Shown piece by piece: positions 26,001 to 38,000 of a stretch of 64,000 bases of DNA. Every line of letters begins with the position of its first letter. Position 1 is the stretch's first letter. Source of the DNA: Mizuhopecten yessoensis. Taxonomy: Eukaryota. Position numbers and translations under genes: made by a program. The DNA lies in NCBI RefSeq assembly GCF_002113885.1, contig NW_018404396.1, positions 774,503 to 838,502 on the forward strand, read 5' to 3'. The notes below the pieces were generated by a model. That model saw only the letters and a list, made by a program, of their open reading frames with translations. It did no database searches and was not told the DNA's origin.

Positions 26001-29000
26001 ATAGAAATACAGATAAACCTGTCCAAAACAGTCTGTCTACTAAAGAAATACAGATAAACCTGTCCTAAATAACATGTCTACTAGAAAAACACAGATAAAC
26101 CTGTCCAAAACAACCGGTCTACTACAGAAATACAGATAAACCTGTCCAAAACAGTCTGTCTACTATAGAAATACAGATAAACCTGTCCAAAACAACCTGT
26201 CTACTATAGAAATACAGATAAACCTGTCCAAAACAGTCTGTCTACTATAGAAATACAGATAAACCTGTCCAAAACAGTCTGTCTACTATAGAAATACAGA
26301 TAAACCTGTCCAAAACAGTCTGTCTACTATAGAAATACAGATAAACCTGTCCAAAACAGTCTGTCTACTATAGAAATACAGATAAACCTGTCCAAAACAG
26401 TCTGTCTACTACAGAAATACAGATAAACCTGTCCAAAACAGTCTGTCTACTATAGAAATACAGATAAACCTGTCCAAAACAGTCTGTCTACTATAGAAAT
26501 ACAGATAAACCTGTCCAAAACAGTCTGTCTACTATAGAAATACAGATAAACCTGTCCAAAACAGTCTGTCTACTATAGAAATACAGATAAACCTGTCCAA
26601 AACAGTCTGTCTACTATAGAAATACAGATAAACCTGTCCAAAACAGTCTGTCTACTATAGAAATACAGATAAACCTGTCCAAAACAGTCTGTCTACTATA
26701 GAAATACAGATAAACCTGTCCAAAACAGTCTGTCTACTATAGAAATACAGATAAACCTGTCCAAAACAGTCTGTCTACTATAGAAATACAGATAAACCTG
26801 TCCAAAACAGTCTGTCTACTATAGAAATACAGATAAACCTGTCCAAAACAGTCTGTCTACTATAGAAATACAGATAAACCTGTCCAAAACAGTCTGTCTA
26901 CTATAGAAATACAGATAAACCTGTCCAAAACAGTCTGTCTACTACAGAAATACAGATAAACCTGTCCAAAACAGTCTGTCTACTATAGAAATACAGATAA
27001 ACCTGTCCAAAACGACCTGTCTACTACAGAAATACAGATAAACCTGTTCAAAACAGTCTGTCTACTACAGAAATATAGATAAACCTGTCCAAAACAACCG
27101 GTCTACTACAGAAATACAGATAAACCTGTCCAAAACAGTCTGTCTACTATAGAAACATAGATAAACCTGTCCAAAACAACCTGTCTACTACAGAAATATA
27201 GATAAACCTGTCCAAAACAACCTGTCTACTACAGAAATATAGATAAACCTGTCAAAAACAACCTGTCTACTACAGAAATATAGATAAACCTGTCAAAAAC
27301 AACCTGTCTACTACAGAAATACAGATAAACCTGTCCAAAACAGTCTGTCTACTACAGAAATACAGATAAACCTGTCCAAAACAGTCTGTCTACTATAGAA
27401 ATACAGATAAACCTGTCCAAAACGACCTGTCTATTACAGAAATACAGATAAACCTGTCCTAAATAACCTGTCTACTAGAAAAACACAGATAAACCTGTCC
27501 AAAACAACCTTTCTACAACAGACAACTATGTCAACAAGTTACAACCCTGTCTACAAAGTGGTACAGATGAAACTGTCCACAACAGCCAAAACTCAAGAAA
27601 TAAATATTTGTCTTGTAGCTTATTGCAGTAGATAGCTATCAAGTTTCTTCAAATAAATTAACTTTCCATTGTCGAAGGGATCAAATTTAATAATTATTTG
27701 AGATTACTATTTCTACAGGATCATTTTTCCTAGAATCATTGTATTTGTTCTGTGATTTGCTGAGATTGAGGGTCATTAAGTGTTTTCAAATGAATGAAAT
27801 TGACATACTTTCATTGTCAACTGGGTTAAAATGTGTGTCATGTAGCTTGGTGAGATGGCATTCTATAAACTTTGTTAAATTGCTTGGCCTTGAATAAAAT
27901 TCAAGGTCACACAATATATAAACAATGTTTCGTTATAATATGGGTAGGGAAAATGTTAAACATAAAAAGTATGGAATACTTATAGGATAAAGGCTACTGA
28001 ATATGGCTAATGTGATACATATAGAACACCTCTGTTTATAAGTGCTTACATATATAGAGACCTCATAAATAACATGTTCTTACTTAAAATAGAGTGTTTA
28101 GCACTAATTCTGTCGGCACTATTATAATCATAGGTCCTCAGTGTTGGGTTGATGTTGAATTGGAGCTCATCACTTTGATTATGTGTCAAGCTAAGATAAT
28201 TGATTGATTATCTAGTGGAGAACCAGACAGAGCATCACTGCATAAAGTGTTACTGTGTAAAGATATAGACAGACAATTGAGGTAGAGGAGTATAGATGTA
28301 TTTATTTACTGGGGACTATATCCACAGCTACAGGGGGTTTTCATACATGATTACTGGGGATTATATTCATTGTTATTACAGATAATATCCATAGCTACTG
28401 GAGACTATACACATAATAACTAGGAACTTACAGCCATAGCTACTGGAGATTGTATTCATAGCTACTGGAGACTATACACATAATAACTAGGAACTATAGT
28501 CATAGCTACGGTAGACTATACACATAATTATTAGGAACTATAGCCATAGCTACTGGAGACTACACATAGTTACTAGGAACTATAGCCAAAGCTACTGGAG
28601 ATTGTAACCATAGTTACTAGGAACTATAGCCATATCTACTGTAGACTATACACATAATTACTAGGAACTATTGCCATAGTTACTGGAGACTATATACATA
28701 TTTACTAGGAACTATAGCCATAGCTACTGGAAACTGTATTCATAGTTACTGGAGACTATACACATAATAACTAGGAACTATAGCCAAAGCTACTGAAGAT
28801 TGTATTCATAGCTACTGGAGACTATATACGTAATAACTAGGAACTATAGCCATAGCTACTGGAGACTGTATTCATAGTTACTGGAGACTATAAACATAGT
28901 AACTAGGAACTATAGCCATAGCTACGTATACTGGAGATTGTATTCATTGTTACTGGAGACTATATACGTAATAACTAGGAACTATAGCCATAGCTACTGG

Positions 29001-32000
29001 AAACTGTATTCATAGTTACTGGAGACTATAAACATAGTAACTAGGAACTATAGCCATAGCTACGTATACTGGAGATTGTATTCATTGTTACTGGAGACTA
29101 TATACATAGTAACTAGGAACTATAGCCATAGCTACTGGAAACTGTATTCATAGTTACTGGAGACTATAAACATAGTAACTAGGAACTATAGCCATAGCTA
29201 CGTATACTGGAGATTGTATTCATTGTTACTGGATACTATAAACATAGTAACTAGGAACTATAGCCATAGCTACTGGAAACTGTATTCATAGTTACTGGAG
29301 ACTATAAACATAGTAACTAGGAACTATAGCCATAGCTACGTATACTGGAGATTGTATTCATTGTTACTGGAGACTATAAACATAGTAACTAGGAACTATA
29401 GCCATAGCTACTGGAGATTGTATTCATAGTTACTGGAGACTATACACATAATTACTAGAAACTATAGACATAGCTACTGGAGACTATACACATAATTACT
29501 AGAAACTATAGCCATAGCTACTGGAGATTGTATTCATAGTTACTGGAGACTATACACATAATTACTAGAAACTATAGACATAGCTACTGGAGACTATAGA
29601 CATAATTACTAGAAACTATAGCCATAGCTACTGGAGATTGTATTCATAGTTACTGGAGACTATACACATAATTACTAGAAACTATAGACATAGCTACTGG
29701 AGACTATAGACATAGCTACTGGAGACTATACACATAATTACTACGACCTATAGCCATAGCTACTGGAGACTACACATAGTTACTAGGAACTATTGACATA
29801 GCGACTGGAGATTGTAACCAAAGTTACTGGAGACTATACACATAATAACTAGGAACTATAGCCATAGCTACTGGAGATTGTATTCATAGCTACTGGAGAC
29901 TATACACATAATAACTAGGAACTATAGCCATAGCTACTGGAAACTGTATTCATAGTTACTGGAGACTATAAACATAGTTACTAGGAACTATAGCTATAGC
30001 TACTGGAGATGGTATCTATAGTAACTGGAGACTATAGACATAGTTACTAGGAACTATAGCTATATCTACTGGAGATGGTATCTATAGTAACTGGAGACTA
30101 TAGACATAGTTACTAGGAACTATAGCTATATCTACTGGAGATGGTATCTATAGTAACTGGAGACTATAGACATAGTTACTAGGAACTATAGCTATATCTA
30201 CTGGAGATGGTATCTATAGTAACTGGAGACTATAAACATAGTTACTAGGAACTATAGCTATAGCTACTGGAAATGGTATCTATTGTAACTGGATCATGGA
30301 TAGTTACACATAACTAATTGGGAACGCTGTTAAAAAATGAAAACAACTGTATCCATAGTTACAGAAATGCATGTTCTTCTGTAAATCATCACATTTCTGC
30401 TCTTAGTTATTTCAAAGAAAATCACCTGGTGTAAAATTTGTCTACCAATTGAAAGCTTAAATAATTATTCTGTCTTGGATCCATATGCAAATGTTCCATC
30501 TTTTTCAAGAGTGAATTCAAATGAAGGAGGAGGGAAGCAATGTTTATATATAAGTGTTACAGTGTATTGAAGATTTTGCATTCAAGGAAGTTTTATGTTG
30601 ATGGCAGCTGCCAAACATACGACTGTGGTTATTATGACATTGGGTCCAGAGCTGTGTCGTTATGACCATTGGGTCCAGAGCTGTGTTGTTATGACCATTG
30701 GGTCCAGAGCTGTGTTGTTATGACCATTGGGTCCAGAGCTGTGTTGTTATGACCATAGGGTCCAGAGCTGTGTTGTTATGACCATTGGGTCCAGATTGAG
30801 CTGCCAAACATATGACTGTTGTTATGACCATTGTGTCCAGAGCTGACATTTTGTTAGCTGCTTCATGCAATGCATTCAAAGTTTTAAATATTAATACTTT
30901 TGCTCAAGGTCACGACTACAATATAACCAAATCTTATTTATAGTGCAATTAAAGGCCCTTATCAGGATGGTCATGAATAGTTTTTTGAAAGAGTTAACTT
31001 TTTTGTTGAATTATTTTTGAAGGGTTTTTGTTGATGTTGTTCCTGAGAGTTCATTTCTAGATTGGTAGTTGCTTAGGAAGCTGTCTCAAACCACCAGACT
31101 ATATATAGCTAGTGGTCACAGAGAGTGAATAGTGTAGACATTTTGTGTGGTGTCTGAAGCAAAGTCCTGGGTAGACCTGTGATGGCATCAGCAATAAGCC
31201 TGAGCTAGTTATCTGGCTGTCACTGGCACTGGTCCTGATGTATGGCCCATTACACTCACTGAATACAGCCAGGAGTGTATGGATCAGACTGGAACACACC
31301 AAACAACGACTCCACTGGTCACACACCACACAACACATCTCTACTGGTCACACAACACATACCACATCTCTACTGGTCACACACCATGTACCACATCTCT
31401 ACTGGTCACACACCACATCTCCACTGGTCACATACCACATCTCTACTGGTCACACACCATGTACCACATCTCTACTGGTCACACACCACGTACCATATCT
31501 CTACTGGTCACACACCACATCTCTACTGGTCACATACCACATCTCTACTGGTCACACACCACATCTCTACTTGTCATACATCACACAACACATCTCTACT
31601 TGTCACACACCACGTACCACATCTCTACTGGTCACACAACATGTACAACATCTCTACTGGTCACACACCACATCTCCACTGGTCACACAACACATCTCTA
31701 CTGGTCACACAACACATACCACATCTGTACTGGTGAAGTCAACTGACTTAAGGTCAAGGTCACTTGGTCAAAGGTCAAGATAAAATTTAGTTTTTTTTTG
31801 CTGGTGAATACTTCATTTTGACACTTTGAAGCAATGGTTGTGGGAATTAAACAAGGAGTCATTTGACCAAAGGACAAGGTCACTGGGTCAAAGGTCAAGG
31901 TCAAATTTTGTATCTTTTCACTGATGAACATTTTGTTATGACATTATGAAGCAAAGTTGGTCCGAATTTAAAAAGGAGTCAACTGACTTAAGGTCAAGGT

Positions 32001-35000
32001 CACATGGTCAATGTCAAGGTCAATTATTCTATCTTTTTACTGATGAACTCTTTTTTATGTTATTATGTAGCAAACTTGTTAAGAACTTAACACAGAGTCA
32101 ACTGACCTTAGGTCCAGGTTTTGGGGTCCAAAGGTTCAAGGTCAAGTATGGTATTTTTCACTGATGAACATTTTGTTATGATATTATGAAGCAAAGTTGG
32201 TTGGAATTAAAGAATAAGTCAACTGACCAAACATCAGGGTCACTGGGTTAATGGTCAAGGTCATTTGGGTACAAAGGTCAAAGACAAAGTGGATCTCTGA
32301 CTTTGACCCTGGCTGTTGATGGAGTAGGTATTAAGGTGAAATAAACCAAATCAAAGCTAACAAATGAATATTGCACCGATATTTACATTTCTGTCAGCCC
32401 AGCAAATATGGAGGTGGAAGGAAACAAGACTCACATCATAGTACATGTAAAATGTATATTTTGCTTCCTTGCGATTCTTTTTGAAGTCCAAATGTCAAAC
32501 GTCAAGCTCAACTATATGGGCAGATTGCTTCTTGATGATTATGGGGGATATATTGCCACAAGACGGGGCCCTTACTGACCTGTCAGTGTTCTAGTTTACA
32601 TAGATAATTTCTTGTAAACTGAGAGTATGACATAGGAGACAGGAACACTCCACTGGTCACAAACAAAACAACACAGGTACACTCCACTGGTCACAAACAA
32701 AACAACACAGATACACTCCACTGGGAGACAGGAACACTCCACTGGTCACAAACTTAAAAACACAGATACACTCCACTGGTCTCAAACAAAACAACACATA
32801 CACTCGACTGCTCACAAACAAAACAACACAGGTACGCTCCACTGGTCACAAACAAAACAATACAGGAACATTCAGCTGGTCACAATCAAAACAACACAGA
32901 TACACACCACTGGTCACAATCAAAACAACACAGGAACACTCCACTGGTCACAATCAAAACAACACAGATACACTCCCCTGGTCACAAACAAAAAAACATA
33001 GGAACACTCCACTGGTCACAAACAAAACAACACTGGAACATTCCGCTGGTCACAAACTGAACAACACAGATACACTCCACTGGTCACAAACTAAACAACA
33101 CAGATACACTCCACTGGTCACAATCAAAACAACACAGGAACACTCCACTGGTCATAAACAAAACAACACAGATCATTCCACTGGTCACAAACAAAACAAC
33201 ACAGATCATTCCACTGGTCACAAACAAAACAATACAGGAACATTCCGCTGGTCACAATCAAAACAACACAGATACACTCCACTGGTCACAATCAAAACAA
33301 CACAGGAACACTCCACTTGTCATAAACAAAACAACAACAGATACACTCCACTGGTTATAAACAAAACAACACAGATACACTCCACTGGTCAAAAACAAAA
33401 AAACACAGGAACATTCCGCTGGTCACAAACGAAACAACACAGATACACTCCACTGGTCACAAACAAAACAACACAGAAACATTCCGCTGGTCACAAACAA
33501 AACAACACTGGAACATTCCACTGGTCACAAACAAAACAACACAGGAACACTCCACTGGTCACAAACAAAACAACACAGAAACATTCCGCTGGTCACAAAC
33601 AAAACAACACAGATACACTCCACTGGTCACAATCAAAACAACATGGATACACTCCACTGGTCACAAACAAAACAACACAGGAACATTCCGCTGGTCACAA
33701 ACAAAACAATACAGGAACACTCCACTGGTCACAAACAAAACAACTTAGATACACTCCACCGGTCACAATCAAAACAACACAGATGCACTCTACTGGTCAC
33801 AAACAAAACAACACAGGAACATTCCGCTGGTCACAAACAAAACAACACGGATACACTCCACTGGTCACAAACAAACAACACAGGAACACTCCACTGGTCA
33901 CAAACAAAACAACACAGAAACACTCCACTGGTCACAAACAAAACAATGCAGGAACATTTCGCTGGTCACAAACAAAACAACACATACACTCCACTGGTCA
34001 CAAACAAACAACGCAGGAACACTCCACTGGTCACAAACAAAAAAACACAGGAACATTCCGCTGGTCACAACCGAAACAACACAGATACACTCCACTGGTC
34101 ACAAACCAAACAACGTGGATACACTCCAGTGGTCACAAACAAAACAACACAGATACACTCCGCTGGTCACAAACAAAACAACACTGGAACACTCCGCTGG
34201 TCACAAACTAAACAACACAGGAACACTCCACTGGTCACAATCAAAACAACATGGATACACTCCACTGGTCACAAACAAAACAATACATATACACTCCACT
34301 GGTCACAAACAAAACAATACAGAAACACTCCACTGGTCACAAACAAAACAATACATATACACTCCACTGGTCACAAACAAAACAACACGGATACACTCCA
34401 CTGGTCACAAACAAACAACGCAGGAACACTCCACTGGTCACAAACAAAACAATACATATACACTCCACTGGTCACAAGCAAAACAACACAGAGACACTCC
34501 ACTGGTCACAAACAAAACAACATAGGAACACTCCACTGGTCACAATCAAAACAACACAGATACACTCCACTGGTCACAATCAAAACAACACAGATACCCT
34601 CCACTGGTCACAAACAAAACAACATAGGAACACTCCACTGGTCACAATCAAAACAACACAGATACCCTCCACTGGTCACAAACAAAACAACACAGAAACA
34701 TTCCGCTGGTCACAAACAAAACAACACAGATCCACTCCACTTGTCACAAACAACACAGGAACACTCCACTGGTCACAAAAAAAACAACACAGATACACTC
34801 CTGGTCACAAACAAAACAACACAGATACACTCCACTTGTCACAAACAACACAGCAACACTCCACTGGTCACAAACAAAACAACACAGAAACATTCCAATG
34901 ATTAGAAACCAAAATGACACACGAACAGATTTAATGTTTCGTCCATGATTGTTTATACATATATAGATCTTTTTGTGTCCAGGATCATTATGTACTTGGA

Positions 35001-38000
35001 TGTTTGTGAACATGAACACTGATTAATACTAGGATATCTGTCTCTATAATCATGTTAGGCTTGGACATAAGAGTCCATATGATTGAGCATTGTAAACTTG
35101 GATATTTGTTTCTAAAAGCAATATTGTGACCATTCTATTGAGAAAATTGTGTCCATAATACCCAGTGTCATTTACTGTGTGTGTCCATTGCATAACTTGG
35201 GAATTGCTGGTGTGTGTCTTATCTCGAGCTGCTATTGGCACAGATCTGTGCCTTAATAACTCTTGTTCCTTTCTGGCGTTATATTATATGCAAAATATGC
35301 AAAGGATCCATATTCCCTATCCAGCTTTTTATATTTTCTTGACTCTGCATTTTAACCAAAAGCTGTTCTAACATTCTATTTTCAAAGAGCTTTCTCTTCA
35401 ATTGATTTCTTATGTCTCCTCTTTTAACCATAAATCCTCATAAGCCATCAATTAAATTGTCATTGGCATGGCAACATCAATTGTGTTCAAAGTCAAATCC
35501 ATTACATGAAGGTCAAATGATAGCACAACTTACTGGTATAGAATAATCATAAAGATTTATTCAAATGAGTTAAAGGTCATAGGGTATTGTGACTTTGACT
35601 GGTATAGAATAATTATATGGACCAATTTAATTGTGTCATGCCTTATGTTATTGCAACTTTGAATGGTAGAGAATAACCATGCACATTTATTAAAATCTAA
35701 GGTAAATGGTATTGTTATTGACTGGTATAGTGTTATCATATAAGTTTATTCAGTTGAATCCAAGGTCTTATATGGTGTCGTGACCTTGACTGGTTTAGAA
35801 TAAGCATACTGATTTATTTAAACGAGTCCAAGGTCATAGGGTATTGTGAAAGTCTTACCCTATAGTGAATTTGACTGAAAGAATATAAGAAAGAAAAGAA
35901 AGAATACAAGGTACTGACATGACTTGAAAGAATACAAGTTACTGACATAACTAGAAAGAATACAAGTTACTGACATGACTAGAATGAATACAAGTTACTG
36001 ACATGACTTGAAAGAATACAAAGTTACTGACATGACCAGAAAGAATACAAGTTACTGACATAACTAGAAAGAATACAAGTTACTGACATGACTAGAAAGA
36101 ATACAAGTTACTGACATGACTAGAAAGAATACAAGTTACTGACATGACTAGAAAGAATACAAGTTACTGACATGACTAGAAAGAATACAAGTTACTGACA
36201 TGACTAGAAAGAATACAAGTTACTGACATGACTAGAAAGAATACAAGTTACTGACATGACTAGAAAGAATACAAGTTACTGACATGACTAGAAAGAATAC
36301 AAGTTACTGACATGACTAGAAAGAATACAAGTTACTGACATGACTAGAAAGAATACAAGTTACTGACATGACTAGAAAGAATACAAGTTACTGACATGAC
36401 TAGAAAGAATACAAGTTACTGACATGACTAGAAAGAATACAAGTTACTGACATGACTAGAAAGAATACAAGTTACTGACATGACTAGAAAGAATACAAGT
36501 TACTGACATGACTAGAAAGAATACAAGTTACTGACATGACTAGAAAGAATACAAGTTACTGACATGACTAGAAAGAATACAAGTTACTGACATGACTAGA
36601 AAGAATACAAGTTACTGACATGACTAGAAAGAATACAAGTTACTGACATGACTAGAAAGAATACAAGTTACTGACATGACTAGAAAGAATACAAGTTACT
36701 GACATGACTAGAAAGAATACAAGTTACTGACATGACTAGAAAGAATACAAGTTACTGACATGACTAGAAAGAATACAAGTTACTGACATGACTAGAAAGA
36801 ATACAAGTTACTGACATGACTAGAAAGAATACAAGTTACTGACATGACTAGAAAGAATACAAGTTACTGACATGACTAGAAAGAATACAAGTTACTGACA
36901 TGACTAGAAAGAATACAAGTTACTGACATGACTAGAAAGAATACAAGTTACTGACATGACTAGAAAGAATACAAGTTACTGACATGACTAGAAAGAATAC
37001 AAGTTACTGACATGACTAGAAAGAATACAAGTTACTGACATGACTAGAAAGAATACAAGTTACTGACATGACTAGAAAGAATACAAGTTACTGACATGAC
37101 TAGAAAGAATACAAGTTACTGACATGACTAGAAAGAATACAAGTTACTGACATGACTAGAAAGAATACAAGTTACTGACATGACTAGAAAGAATACAAGT
37201 TACTGACATGACTAGAAAGAATACAAGTTACTGACATGACTAGAAAGAATACAAGTTACTGACATGACTAGAAAGAATACAAGTTACTGACATGACTAGA
37301 AAGAATACAAGTTACTGACATGACTAGAAAGAATACAAGTTACTGACATGACTAGAAAGAATACAAGTTACTGACATGACTAGAAAGAATACAAGTTACT
37401 GACATGACTAGAAAGAATACAAGTTACTGACATGACTAGAAAGAATACAAGTTACTGACATGACTAGAAAGAATACAAGTTACTGACATGACTAGAAAGA
37501 ATACAAGTTACTGACATGACTAGAAAGAATACAAGTTACTGACATGACTAGAAAGAATACAAGTTACTGACATGACTAGAAAGAATACAAGTTACTGACA
37601 TGACTAGAAAGAATACAAGTTACTGACATGACTAGAAAGAATACAAGTTACTGACATGACTAGAATGAATACAAGTAACTGACATGACTAGAAAGATACA
37701 AGTTACTGACATGACGAGTGTATAAAAGTTTATTTGGGGTTTAAGTTGTGACAATAGGCAGGAGACCCGTGTGCTGTATGGAGTAGTATTGATGTGCTGT
37801 GTACTATATATATCAGCTGGATCCAGTAGTAGCTGTGAGGGCTGGCTGTTCTACATCCAAAGCTTAACTAACAACTCCTTCCTAAACTAGCAGCACCCAG
37901 GGGATTCATAAAACAGCCGGCATTCAAAACATATGTATTGCTTCAATTGTTGCATTTTAGAGTAATAAGTTTTTAGTTGAATTATAAATACAGCCCTGAG

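Noticed and set aside
33643-34905. 420-aa ORF (and overlapping 136-216-aa ORFs)
   Set aside because: Translation of a T-poor 34-bp satellite that is open in several frames at once. No splice or homology support.
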